A DNA stretch of 61,653 bases from Actinomycetota bacterium (GTDB lineage Bacteria; Actinomycetota; Coriobacteriia; Anaerosomatales; PHET01). Location of the stretch: positions 1-61,653 of the forward strand of contig JBBIJX010000005.1 of assembly GCA_037445775.1 (NCBI GenBank), given 5' to 3'. The notes beneath the pieces are model-generated. The model was not told the origin of the DNA. It made no database searches and saw nothing but the letters and a program-made list of their open reading frames with translations. Of the stretch, positions 46,138 through 55,944 are shown one piece after another. Position numbers and translations under genes: made by a program. How positions within the stretch are numbered: the stretch's first letter is position 1; each line of letters opens with the position of its first letter.

Positions 46138-48045
46138 CTACACCTCGATCCTGGTCACACGGAAGAGCCACCAGCTCCCGAAGAGCATCAGCAGCAACGC
46201 CCCGGTGGACATCGCGATGCCCATCGTGGTTGTGTACAGAGGTCGCAGGTAGCCCGGGTTGATGATCAGCAGCAGGCCTACCTCCACAACGGGCAATGCA
46301 ACGAGCACGTATGCAGACAGCCGACCCTCCGCGGTCAACGCACGAACCTGTCGGCGCAACCCCGCGCGTTCGCGCAGCGTGCGCGCCACGGAATCGAGCA
46401 CTTCAGTCAGGTTGCCGCCGGACTCGCGCTGTATCGTCATGGCGGTCACGACCGTATCGAAGTCGGGACTGATGACGCGCGCGGCCATGGACTGCAGGGC
46501 GGTCTCAAGCGCGATGCCCAGCCGCGCCTCGGTCACGACCCGATTGAACTCGTCAGCTACGGGCGCCTGCATCTCCTCCGAGACGAGGCCGAGTGCCTGC
46601 TGCACACCCCACCCCGCGCGCAACGATCCCGAGATCATGTCGAGCACGTCGGGAAGCTGTGTCTCGAACTTCGCACGACGCCGTTCCACGGCCGCGTCGA
46701 GCAGCATGAGAGGCAGCACCGTCCCGATGATAACCACCGCCAGACCGACGACCAAGTTGTCCGTAGCGATCTGCGCTACAACGCCCGACGCGATAACCGC
46801 GAGCATGTGCGCGGTCATGTACTCCGCAGGACGCAGCGGAAGTCCCGCCCTCTCAAGCCGATCGGCCAACCACCTCGTCAGCCCACGCTTGCCGGCCACG
46901 GTGCCGACCGCGTCAACGACACGATCTGCAAGACCGTCGCGATCGCCAGCGGCAGCGCGGTCCGCCGCAACTTGAAGCTGGTCGTAGAACTTGAGCTGCT
47001 GGAGTCCGGTCCGCCCACGCGATGACAGCGTGATGACCCCCGCTGTCAGCAAACTCACAGAGACGAAGACCAGCCCACCGCTCAGGAGCAGCAGCCCCGG
47101 GTTCTCGCGGACTTCAGCGGCTCCAAGCGGGATACCCTGTGAGGGCGCCAAGAAGTCCGGATTCGGGTACGAGAAGACGGCACCCCACTGCGCGCCGGCA
47201 ATCTCCGTCATCGCGTCAAGATCGATGTCCTTCGTGCGAGGCCGCGAACTCATCCACGACACATCGTACGACTCGGTGAGTTCGGTGGCGATTGAGTCGA
47301 AGATACCGGCGAGCTCCCCGGAGCGCTTGGCCGGGACCAGCCGGCCGCCGCTACGCTTCGCCAGGATGGACAGCCCCTTCTCGTCCCTCTCCTTACTTTG
47401 TAGCGAGACGCCGTAGAGCGGCGCCCCTCGCGCGCGAAGCGCTTCCACAGAGCTCTCGAGATTCGAGCTACTGACTGTGTCAGCGCCGTCGGTCAATACC
47501 ACGATTGCCGCGTGGTCGACAGCGGGCTCCGCCGTGGACTTCACCGCTTGCGCCACCGCATCGTAGAGTGCGGTCTCACCGCCAGCTGACAACGCATTGA
47601 TGGCGCGAACGTGAGCTTCGCGTCCTTCATCTGAACGGGATGCGACGGTGGCCTTGTCGCTAAACGAGATTACGGTTACCTCAGCGTCTTGCCCCAGCTG
47701 ATCGAGGAAGCGGAGCGATGCACGCTTCGCGTCACGAAGCGGGACGCCAGCCATGCTTCCGCTCACATCTATCACCAGTACGACACGCAGTGACTCACTC
47801 CGTATGCCGACCCGCCGCACCTCCATGTTCCGTACGGCTCTTCCATTCTCAAGAACCACGAAACTCGGAACCTCCGCATCCGCCGTCGCCGACCCGGGAG
47901 GCGCGGCCACCCGTAGGCGCACTGTTGGGAACGCCTCGACGTCAAGCTCCTGAACCACGAGGGCGTGCTCGGCGCCGTGCGCTGAGCAGGCGGCTGCCAG
48001 CAGCCATATCGTGAGACACAGGAGTGTCCGGAGCCTGCGCCTCAT
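46138..48045 (-). CDS. tadB: vWA-TadB fusion
   Basis: Signal peptide; vWA MIDAS DVSGSM, GETALYDA, VLTDG; then QLPDVLDMISGSLRAG, GGNLTEVL, LTAEGRLS. Confidence 0.85.
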   Translation of the reverse strand: MRRRLRTLLCLTIWLLAAACSAHGAEHALVVQELDVEAFPTVRLRVAAPPGSATADAEVPSFVVLENGRAVRNMEVRRVGIRSESLRVVLVIDVSGSMAGVPLRDAKRASLRFLDQLGQDAEVTVISFSDKATVASRSDEGREAHVRAINALSAGGETALYDAVAQAVKSTAEPAVDHAAIVVLTDGADTVSSSNLESSVEALRARGAPLYGVSLQSKERDEKGLSILAKRSGGRLVPAKRSGELAGIFDSIATELTESYDVSWMSSRPRTKDIDLDAMTEIAGAQWGAVFSYPNPDFLAPSQGIPLGAAEVRENPGLLLLSGGLVFVSVSLLTAGVITLSSRGRTGLQQLKFYDQLQVAADRAAAGDRDGLADRVVDAVGTVAGKRGLTRWLADRLERAGLPLRPAEYMTAHMLAVIASGVVAQIATDNLVVGLAVVIIGTVLPLMLLDAAVERRRAKFETQLPDVLDMISGSLRAGWGVQQALGLVSEEMQAPVADEFNRVVTEARLGIALETALQSMAARVISPDFDTVVTAMTIQRESGGNLTEVLDSVARTLRERAGLRRQVRALTAEGRLSAYVLVALPVVEVGLLLIINPGYLRPLYTTTMGIAMSTGALLLMLFGSWWLFRVTRIEV

Positions 48046-48046
48046 G

Positions 48047-49402
48047 TCAGGCGCTCTCGCGACGTTCAGGCGCTTCGTACTCGAAGATGCTCGTCGGAAG
48101 ATTGATTCCGTAGTCGGCCAGTCGCTGGGAGAACTTCGGGCGCAGCCCGGTCGACTTCAGAGAGCCACGGAAGTGCCCCGACTGGTCCACCCCGGCCGAG
48201 AAGTCGAAATACGCGATGTCCTGCAGCACCACCGTGTCCCCTTCCATGCCCTCGACTTCGACCATGTGCGTGATTCTTCGAGAGCCGTCGCGGAGGCGGG
48301 AGAGATGGATGATGAGGTTGAGCGCCGATGACAGCTGCTGGCGTGTGGCCCGCACGGGCAGATCGAATCCGGACATGAGTACCATGGTCTCGATCCTCGC
48401 GATGGCGTCACGAGGCGAGTTGGCGTGCACCGTGGACAGTGACCCGTCGTGACCCGTGTTCATCGCCTGCAGCATGTCGAGCGCCTCAGAGCCGCGAACT
48501 TCCCCGACGATGATGCGGTCCGGCCTCATGCGCAACGAGTTGCGAACCAAGTCTCGAATCGTGACGGCTCCCCTGCCCTCGATATTGGCCGGCCGTGACT
48601 CCAGCCGCAGGACGTGGTTCTGATGGAGGCGGAGCTCCGCCGCATCCTCAATCGTCACGATACGTTCCTCGGCAGGCACATATTGCGACACTACGTTCAG
48701 CAGCGTCGTCTTCCCGGTCCCGGTACCTCCGGAGATAAGGACGTTCAGTCGTCCTTCCACGCATGCCTTAAGCAGTTCCGCGTGTCGATCGTCCAGCGTC
48801 CCGAAGCGGATGAGATCCTCGATGGTGTACGGTTCGTGAGAGAACTTCCGAATCGTGAGAATGGGCCCGTCCAGTGCGAGCGGCGGTATGACCGCGTTCA
48901 CCCGCGAGCCGTCGGGCAGTCTGGCATCGACCATGGGAGATGACTCGTCGATTCGGCGCCCGACCTGCGCGACGATCTTGTCGATGACCCTGCGAAGGTG
49001 CGATTCATCAACGAAACGCCGCCCTGTGGGGTAGATGCGCCCGCCTCGCTCGCAGAAGACCGTGCGCGCGTCATTGACCATGACCTCAGTCACTGTCGGA
49101 TCATTGAGCAGACCCTGAATCGGCCCGTACCCCAACACGTCATCGGTAACGTCAGCGATGATCTGCCGACGGTCGTCAGCTGAAAGCGGCGTCGTCTCCT
49201 TCTCCAGCAGATCCCTGAGCTTCCGCTCGATGCGTCCGCGAACGGCCTCTGTGTCTGAACCGGCGGCCTCGATTTCCTTCGCCATCTCCTCGATGAGCAG
49301 GTAGTGCAACTGCTGCTTGATGCCGTCTCTCGATGACTGAGACGACGTCATGTCGGTCTGCGAGACCTCACCCGCCCGTGCCAACCGTTCCCTAAGCGAC
49401 AT
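48047..49402 (-). CDS. tadA: Tad secretion ATPase CpaF/TadA
   Basis: [60 protein letters not shown]. Confidence 0.95.
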   Translation of the reverse strand: MSLRERLARAGEVSQTDMTSSQSSRDGIKQQLHYLLIEEMAKEIEAAGSDTEAVRGRIERKLRDLLEKETTPLSADDRRQIIADVTDDVLGYGPIQGLLNDPTVTEVMVNDARTVFCERGGRIYPTGRRFVDESHLRRVIDKIVAQVGRRIDESSPMVDARLPDGSRVNAVIPPLALDGPILTIRKFSHEPYTIEDLIRFGTLDDRHAELLKACVEGRLNVLISGGTGTGKTTLLNVVSQYVPAEERIVTIEDAAELRLHQNHVLRLESRPANIEGRGAVTIRDLVRNSLRMRPDRIIVGEVRGSEALDMLQAMNTGHDGSLSTVHANSPRDAIARIETMVLMSGFDLPVRATRQQLSSALNLIIHLSRLRDGSRRITHMVEVEGMEGDTVVLQDIAYFDFSAGVDQSGHFRGSLKSTGLRPKFSQRLADYGINLPTSIFEYEAPERRESA

Positions 49403-50558
49403 GGTGGGCCTCCTTGGTGACGCCGGAAGCTATGATGCCGCGCACGATCGAACTGATGCTCTTTGAGACCTCGGACCGCGGCATGTCCACGATCACCGGG
49501 ATGCCCTTGTTCACGGAGCGGGGAACGCTTCTGTCGCTCGGGATTCTGGCGTGGATCTTCCCGCCAATCGCCTTTTCGACTTCCGCAGGCTCCAGGAGCA
49601 CCTTGCTGTCTGCACGGTTCAGGACTATGTGGACGCGCGATGCGTCGTATCCCAGTTGCGAGAGCTTCTGAAGCGATATCCTGGTGTTCTTGATGCTCGC
49701 CACATCCATCATGGTTATGACGAACACCTCATCACTCCTGTCGAGCGCAGCGAGGACCGGCTCAGAGAACGACGGGGAAGTGTCAATGACCAGATAGTCG
49801 AAGCGGTCGCGCAGGAGCTTGATGATGTGTGCGATGCGCGCCGCTGACACAGGCTCCGCGTCCTCGGGCCGCACCGGCGCGAGCAACACCTTCGCGCCAC
49901 TCGAGTGATGCATCATGAGTCCATCGAGCATCTCAGCATCGAGACGGTCGAAGACTTGGACAGCGTCGAAGAGCGTGTGCTCCGGCGTGAGCCCCATCAT
50001 GATGCCCACGTCACCGAACTCCAGATCGAGATCGAGCACAGCCACGCTTACGCCGTCGGAATGCGCCAGTGCCACGGCGAGGTTCGTTGCGAGGACTGTC
50101 TTGCCCACACCGCCCTTTGTGCTGAACACCGTCAGCACCCGCCCAACTGGCGTCTCCTCAATGGCGGACGAGCCGCCGCCTGCAAGCGCGCGTCTCGCGG
50201 CTTCCGCAGCACGCCCGATGGCCTGCCCGATGTCCGAGGTGGGCTCGGATAGGGCAACCACATCGGAAACACCCGCCCGCAATGCCGCGCGCAGCAGTTC
50301 AGCATCGATCGACTCCGGGACCAGCACGCACGCGGAGCGCCGTGATTCGACAGCGTGGGAAGCCAGCTCTAGCGCGGCTCCGTCCACGAGATTCGGGCCG
50401 ATCACCAGCACCGCGCCTTCCTCTGCCGAGAGCGCTTCTCTTGCCTCAGCGAGGGTATCGACGGCTACGAACCGCTGTTTGGCGCCCAACACCCCACCTG
50501 CTGCGCTCACAAGCCTCTGCGCGGCCTGGCCGTCGGGCTCTGCGATGATTGTCTGCAT
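49392..50558 (-). CDS. cpaE: CpaE/TadZ receiver-like + MinD ATPase
   Basis: Atypical receiver; STKGGVGKT, LDLDLEFGDV, VIDT, VLNR. Confidence 0.87.
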   Translation of the reverse strand: MQTIIAEPDGQAAQRLVSAAGGVLGAKQRFVAVDTLAEAREALSAEEGAVLVIGPNLVDGAALELASHAVESRRSACVLVPESIDAELLRAALRAGVSDVVALSEPTSDIGQAIGRAAEAARRALAGGGSSAIEETPVGRVLTVFSTKGGVGKTVLATNLAVALAHSDGVSVAVLDLDLEFGDVGIMMGLTPEHTLFDAVQVFDRLDAEMLDGLMMHHSSGAKVLLAPVRPEDAEPVSAARIAHIIKLLRDRFDYLVIDTSPSFSEPVLAALDRSDEVFVITMMDVASIKNTRISLQKLSQLGYDASRVHIVLNRADSKVLLEPAEVEKAIGGKIHARIPSDRSVPRSVNKGIPVIVDMPRSEVSKSISSIVRGIIASGVTKEAHHVA

Positions 50559-50564
50559 CTACGC

Positions 50565-51326
50565 CTACTTCGCGATGTTGGAGATGGTCACCGGGCCGGG
50601 CACCGCGGCTTGCGCTCCCGACGCGGGCAGCAGCGCGAGCCGAACGGAGCCGGTCTCTTGTGCGTACGTGAGCCTTGCCGCTTCGTCTGCGGCGAGCGCA
50701 AGCGTCACGGTCCGCGCCAAGCCCTGCGAGCGCGACTGGCCACCACCCAGCGCGCCTCCCCCGTCCTGATCCTCGTCGTCTCCCGCCTGTGTGCCCACTG
50801 TGGCGCCTACGGCCAACACACGCGCCACCGGGATAACGACCAACGTCCGCTCCTCGCGACCGCGTGCCCCAGTCTGGAGCGTCGCGAAGACCATCACCTG
50901 ATCGCCCGGACGCAATAGACCCCCGACCCCGCTCACCTCGTCGACTTCACAGGCGATCGCGACGTACTGCGCCGGGACGCTGTAGGATAGGCCGGCCTCG
51001 GCCGGGTACTGGAATCGACCCCTGGTCAGCTGCTCACCGGTCGCCACAGGGACTGCGAGCACCTGGTCCTCGGCGCCGCGGAAACTCGACATTGCGTCCA
51101 TGGACACGAACTGGCGAGGAATCTCACGGGTCACCACGAGCTCCTCCTGCTTGAGCTGCTCGACGGTCATGCCGCGCGGAAGATCCTTCTGGGCAATCAG
51201 GACCGCGACCGTCTCGGCCTGTGCGGCTATGTCGCTGCGGGCACTGCGCAAGTAGGACGCGGCCATGAACGCGGCGACCCCGCCAAGAGCCAAGGCGACC
51301 ACCAGTACCAGTATGCGAGAGCGCAT
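50565..51326 (-). CDS. cpaB: Flp pilus assembly protein CpaB/RcpC
   Basis: N-terminal TM; SAF-like VLIAQKDLPRG; GVGGLLRPGDQV, VLAVG, VTLAL. Confidence 0.87.
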   Translation of the reverse strand: MRSRILVLVVALALGGVAAFMAASYLRSARSDIAAQAETVAVLIAQKDLPRGMTVEQLKQEELVVTREIPRQFVSMDAMSSFRGAEDQVLAVPVATGEQLTRGRFQYPAEAGLSYSVPAQYVAIACEVDEVSGVGGLLRPGDQVMVFATLQTGARGREERTLVVIPVARVLAVGATVGTQAGDDEDQDGGGALGGGQSRSQGLARTVTLALAADEAARLTYAQETGSVRLALLPASGAQAAVPGPVTISNIAK

Positions 51327-51354
51327 GAATCCTCCTGTCGACGAACTGGATCCC

Positions 51355-52941
51355 TCAGAAGTCGCGTCCCTCGGCGACCAGAAGGGGTGCACGCGTGTGG
51401 AAGCCGCCCGGGTTGGGCGGGTTCGGGCCAACGACTACAGCCGGACTCACGTAGTCGATGAAGCGACCAATCACCGGATCGCCTGAGGAGCTCGGCCGCT
51501 GCTCGATGAAGAACGACGCGAAACTCTCCACCCGAAGCACCGTGCGACCGCCCGGGTCCTCCAGACGCTCAGTGATCGGAACGATGACGACCTGCGGTGT
51601 GGGCGGGCGATCTTGATCGTTCCACTCATCGAACGACATCAGCGTGCCCGGCATACGGTCGCGTATCCCTTGTGCCGTCGGACCCGTCTTCGAACCGGGC
51701 AGCGTCGTGAGCGTGTCGCCGATGTGAATCACCAGTTCGGAGACGCCCGAGATGAACTCGCGGTAGTCCGCACCTCCACCGTAGCTTCCGGCACTGCCGC
51801 CGAACTCGCACGTCGAGTGATCCAACGAATTGAGGTCCACAGCGAGGAAGCCGCCGACTTCACCGGACCCGCCTTCGACCTTCAGCTGATATCTCGCCCC
51901 ATATTGGAAGGCGAGCGTCTTCACCGAAAGGTACACCGCTGCGCCGGTCGCCGCGAACGCCGGCTGGAATGACACGTCCTCGATCAGGTAGTTCGAGCGC
52001 CGCACCAGCAGTACGCACGAGACGGACTGCTTCGAAGAACCCTCCCTAATCTCAACGGACAGCTCCTGGTCACGATACGCATCTGACGTGCCGGGAACCG
52101 GGACGGTGCCGAAGAAGCGCACGCCGTCAGCGGACGTGAGGGTGACGTTCGTCCCGCCGCCGTCCGCCTTGATGGAGCCGCCCGAGGCGAGCGGCGACCG
52201 CAGCGTCACATCAACGATGACACTCCCATGAAGGCCTGAAGTGAGCGTGGTGCGACTGACGTTGATTGCAGCGAATCGCCCCCCCGGAGGCAAGAAGCCC
52301 ACAGCGCCCTGGTTGGCGAAGGTCTCGGTGTAGCCCTGCCCGTTGGTGGCGCGCAGCGTGATGCTTCCGCGTACGTCGGCGGGGAAGGTCCCCTCCCAGC
52401 GGCCGGAGCCGGAGGCCGAGGCAGACAGCGGTATCGTCACGCCGCCCATGGTCGCCCGCATCTCCCCGACGCGGATCACCGGGAGCGCCCACGGTACGGG
52501 ACTACGCGTCCCGCTCACGTACCCGACTATCGCTCGCGCCTGGGCGCGGATGCGTCCCTCAGTTTCCGGCGCCTCGAAGTAGTCCAAGAGCTCCTGATAG
52601 AACGAGCTTGCTTGAGTCGAGACAGTGACCTTGACGGCTTGAGCCGCCATGTCCACGTCAACCACAGTGCTGATCGAGTGGACCGGGTTCACGGCGTTGT
52701 GGCTGGCGTACGTACGCGCCTCAACTCGCGCGTCATCCTCGTCGCCCGTCTGAGCCAGCTCAGCAGCGCCCGCCAGCGCCGCGGAGTCCGCCGCAGATTG
52801 CAGTTGCGCCCTGACAACGTACCAGTAGCCGACGTCGACAACGAGGGCAAGGAAAAGCATCAGGACCGCCATCATCACCGCAACGATGACGAGCGAGGCG
52901 CCCGTCTCCTCACGCCGCACTCTCCGACAGAGTCCTCTCAA
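51355..52941 (-). CDS. tadG: TadG-like pseudopilin / pilus-associated protein
   Basis: ETG processing site followed by a TM; VVDVG..RAQLQSAADSAALAGA; large beta-rich C-terminus. Confidence 0.78.
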   Translation of the reverse strand: MRGLCRRVRREETGASLVIVAVMMAVLMLFLALVVDVGYWYVVRAQLQSAADSAALAGAAELAQTGDEDDARVEARTYASHNAVNPVHSISTVVDVDMAAQAVKVTVSTQASSFYQELLDYFEAPETEGRIRAQARAIVGYVSGTRSPVPWALPVIRVGEMRATMGGVTIPLSASASGSGRWEGTFPADVRGSITLRATNGQGYTETFANQGAVGFLPPGGRFAAINVSRTTLTSGLHGSVIVDVTLRSPLASGGSIKADGGGTNVTLTSADGVRFFGTVPVPGTSDAYRDQELSVEIREGSSKQSVSCVLLVRRSNYLIEDVSFQPAFAATGAAVYLSVKTLAFQYGARYQLKVEGGSGEVGGFLAVDLNSLDHSTCEFGGSAGSYGGGADYREFISGVSELVIHIGDTLTTLPGSKTGPTAQGIRDRMPGTLMSFDEWNDQDRPPTPQVVIVPITERLEDPGGRTVLRVESFASFFIEQRPSSSGDPVIGRFIDYVSPAVVVGPNPPNPGGFHTRAPLLVAEGRDF

Positions 52942-52946
52942 TGCCC

Positions 52947-53375
52947 TCAGCCCCCCGCGCGCATCGTCGCCCGGATTATCAGGATGACCGAGTCGCTGAT
53001 ACCGGAACCTCCCGGCAGGATCCCAAACAACCCACTGACTAGTCCGAGCGATGCTGGATAGCGCACCGTCACGACAACCGGCCTCCCGTAGTCATGCGGA
53101 AGCACGACTTGGGGCGGACTAATGGTTATCTGCGAGTCAGCTAGGGGAGGGTCGAGCTCCGTCGCCGCGCGCTTGGCCGCCTCGCGTACCCTCGTCGGGG
53201 GCTCACCGAGCGCCGCCCAGTGAACCGCTTCGCGTGCGGCGTGCGCTACCTGGAGGTACTGGACACCCACGATCCCCATCTGAGCGACGCCAAGCAGCAG
53301 AACGAAGAGCAACGGCATGACGAGCGCGAACTCCACCGCGCTCGAACCGCGCTCGCCCTTGAGTCCACCAGACAC
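52947..53375 (-). CDS. tadE: TadE-like pseudopilin
   Basis: ERGSSAVEFALVMP, HAAREA; GTG start inferred. Confidence 0.85.
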   Translation of the reverse strand: MSGGLKGERGSSAVEFALVMPLLFVLLLGVAQMGIVGVQYLQVAHAAREAVHWAALGEPPTRVREAAKRAATELDPPLADSQITISPPQVVLPHDYGRPVVVTVRYPASLGLVSGLFGILPGGSGISDSVILIIRATMRAGG

Positions 53376-53395
53376 CGCCCATCCCCCCAATGCAG

Positions 53396-53436
53396 CGCCC
53401 GGGTGTCGCGGCCGCTGCGGTCGCGACACCCGGGCG
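53396..53436 (-). terminator. Long GC hairpin between flp and tadE
   Basis: CGCCCGGGTGTCGCGGCCGC-T-GCGGTCGCGACACCCGGGCG (19/20 complementary); no U tract. Confidence 0.55.
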
Positions 53437-53469
53437 TGAGCAAACCGACTGACTCGCCCTGATCGCGGT

Positions 53470-53655
53470 CTAGCCGCCGCCTCCGATTGCAGTCAGAACG
53501 TCGTTGAACTTGACATCCAGCTGAGTGCCGATGAGGCCAACGGTCGCGATGATCACGGCCGCGATCAGGGCGACCATGATGCCGTACTCGACGGCAGTTG
53601 CGCCTTCATCGGAGGCCATGCGGTTCTGGAACTTCACATACATGTTCAGGAGCAT
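53470..53655 (-). CDS. flp: Flp (type IVc) major pilin
   Basis: DEG^ATAVEYGIMVALIA Flp motif; GGAGG RBS; 61 aa. Confidence 0.93.
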   Translation of the reverse strand: MLLNMYVKFQNRMASDEGATAVEYGIMVALIAAVIIATVGLIGTQLDVKFNDVLTAIGGGG

Positions 53656-53927
53656 TCCCAAAGCACCTCCCCAGTGCAGGGCGCCTGCACGGCCCCCCGT
53701 GTCCGCCGGTCCGCCCCCTCGTGGGGCGAGGTCTCGAGCTGCGCCTCCGGCGAACCTTCCAGCTCTCATGTGACATTCTTCACCCAAGACGGTACCGCTC
53801 ACCATCGGCCATTACGCCGAACCTGGGAGCGATGCGCGTGAGAAGCCGCTCGTACCATCGGATGATGCGGAGTGGTACGTCTCGGCGATGCGAGAGCGCG
53901 GCCAAAGGGGTAGCTACAGCGCTTGGG

Positions 53928-54581
53928 CTACCCGCCTATGCGGACGAGCCCGGCCTTCACTGCAGCGAGCACGGCCTGTGTGCGGTCCGCCTGGCCCAGC
54001 TTGCGCAGGATGTGGCTCACGTGCGTCTTGACCGTGGTCTCGCCTATCCATAGCGAGCGGCCGATCTCCTTGTTCGAGAGGCCTTTCGCCATGAGCTCGA
54101 GCACTTCCATCTCGCGCTCCGAGAGTGGCTCATCCAGATCGCCGTTGCCCTGCGGCCGCCCGGAGATGATGCGGCTAGCCACTGCGGAGTCGAAGACGGC
54201 CTGGCCGTCCGCGACCGCGCGGATCGCGTGCACGATGCGATCCGGGCGGCTGTCCTTGAGGATGTAGCCGCACGCGCCGGCTGAGAGCACGCCAAAGAGC
54301 TCCTCGTCCTCGTCGAAGCTCGTGAGCACGAGCACCGCCGTGTCCGGGCACACATCGCGTACCTTGCGGCACACCTCGACTCCGCCATCGCCAGGCATAC
54401 GCAGGTCGAGAACGAGCACGTCGGGCGATGCCTCCGTGCACCCGCTGATAGCGGTGTCCGAATCGACGCCTTCGCCCACGACCTCGATGTCGTCCTCGAC
54501 GTCGAGCACCGTCTTGAGCGCGTAGCGCACAAGCTCGTGGTCGTCTGCGATGAACACCCGGATCGAACCTTGGCTTGTCAT
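53928..54581 (-). CDS. NarL/LuxR-family response regulator
   Basis: IADDHELVR, LDLRMPG, LTSF, GYILK, LSEREMEVL..GLSNKEI..TVKTHVSHILRKL. Confidence 0.95.
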   Translation of the reverse strand: MTSQGSIRVFIADDHELVRYALKTVLDVEDDIEVVGEGVDSDTAISGCTEASPDVLVLDLRMPGDGGVEVCRKVRDVCPDTAVLVLTSFDEDEELFGVLSAGACGYILKDSRPDRIVHAIRAVADGQAVFDSAVASRIISGRPQGNGDLDEPLSEREMEVLELMAKGLSNKEIGRSLWIGETTVKTHVSHILRKLGQADRTQAVLAAVKAGLVRIGG

Positions 54582-55825
54582 CAGATCGTCCCTCCGGACC
54601 TATGCTGCTGTCCCCCAACAGGCAGCTCGACCGTGAGCGTCGTGCCACGCCCCGCGACACTCGCGACCTGCAGCACCCCACCATCGCGCGACACGCGGTC
54701 CCGGATGCTCTTGAGCCCGAGACCCTGCGTGCCGCCCCCCATCACGAGCGCCGTGTCGAACCCGTTGCCGTCGTCAGTTATCACCATCGTCACAGTCGAG
54801 CCGTTCGGTGTGACTCTGACCTCGAACGATCGCGCTCCCGAGTGGCGCACGATGTTGCTCACCGCCTCCTTGGCCACGCGGTAGAGGCACGCCTCCTCCG
54901 CGGGCTCGAGGTGCGGGAGCGTCCCGTCGACGACCACCCCGCCGCGTACCGGGCGGCCCTGCGTGATCTCGTTGACCCAGTACTCGGTTGCGCTCACAAA
55001 CCCCAGCTCGGTGAGTTTCATGGGCCTGAGGTCATAGATGAAGCGCCTGAGCTCGGTCATCGAGGTGTTGAGGTGTTGCTGCAGTTCTTCGAGGCGCTCG
55101 GCGACGAGCGCCGGGTCGCGCGAGATCTGCTTCTTGCAGAGCTCGAGTCCGAGCGAGATCGAGAAGAGCGACTGCACGACGCCGTCGTGCATCTCGCGTG
55201 CGATGCGGTCTCGTTCGGAGGCTAGAAGCACGTAGCGGCTCTGCTCGACGAGGCGTGCGTTCTCGATGGCGGATGCGGCGAACGCGCAGAGGATCTCCGC
55301 GAAGTCCACCTGGTCCGGGGTGAACGGGCGCTCTTCGCTGTTGATCGCGCACAACATCCCCACCGGCCGGTCCTTGGCGAACAGCGGACTCGCCAAGATG
55401 AGCGCCCGCTGCTTGGGGTGGCGCTCGACGAGCGGCCCGCCGCGCTCGAACGCCGTACGCGCGAGCCCTTCGAGGCGGTCCTCCCACCAGTCCTGCAGGT
55501 GCTGCACGCGCTGGCCGCGCACGACGATGGTGTCGAGGTCGAGCTCGGCGCCCTGATCGCTCGTGAGCACGAGCAGCGCCTTGTCCGTGTCGGTGATGCG
55601 CTTCGCGCGGTCGACGATCGCGTCGAGCACCGCGTCCACGCTCATCGTCGATGAGACAGCGTCAGCCACCTCGTTGAGCGTGACGATGAGCTCGGTCTGG
55701 TTGGCGGGCTGGAGGCCCCGAAGCAAGCGCGTGATATCGCGAGCACGCACGAAGAACGCCCGCGACGTGCGAGGCGACAACCGCGTGTCCGAATACCGCG
55801 CCGTGCTGTGGTCCGGACCCTTCAC
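54581..55825 (-). CDS. Cytoplasmic GAF sensor histidine kinase (HisKA_3)
   Basis: GAF ending AIENARL, ERDRIAREMHDGVVQSL, EAVSNIVRHS, DDGNGF, GLGL; no TM; start uncertain (ORF open to 55933). Confidence 0.9.
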   Translation of the reverse strand: MKGPDHSTARYSDTRLSPRTSRAFFVRARDITRLLRGLQPANQTELIVTLNEVADAVSSTMSVDAVLDAIVDRAKRITDTDKALLVLTSDQGAELDLDTIVVRGQRVQHLQDWWEDRLEGLARTAFERGGPLVERHPKQRALILASPLFAKDRPVGMLCAINSEERPFTPDQVDFAEILCAFAASAIENARLVEQSRYVLLASERDRIAREMHDGVVQSLFSISLGLELCKKQISRDPALVAERLEELQQHLNTSMTELRRFIYDLRPMKLTELGFVSATEYWVNEITQGRPVRGGVVVDGTLPHLEPAEEACLYRVAKEAVSNIVRHSGARSFEVRVTPNGSTVTMVITDDGNGFDTALVMGGGTQGLGLKSIRDRVSRDGGVLQVASVAGRGTTLTVELPVGGQQHRSGGTI

Positions 55826-55944
55826 CTTCCCCCTTGACGGTCCTGCCAGCACCACACGTCCGCCCCAAAGAACGTGCGCTAGGTCACAATAGTAGCAGTT
55901 CGGGGTGAAAGGGTGTGAGCCCCGGCGGGGCAACGACTTCGCTC

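Noticed and set aside
53800-53830. Sigma-28-like GCCGAT promoter upstream of flp
   Set aside because: The -10 match is partial and there is no convincing -35 at the right spacing.
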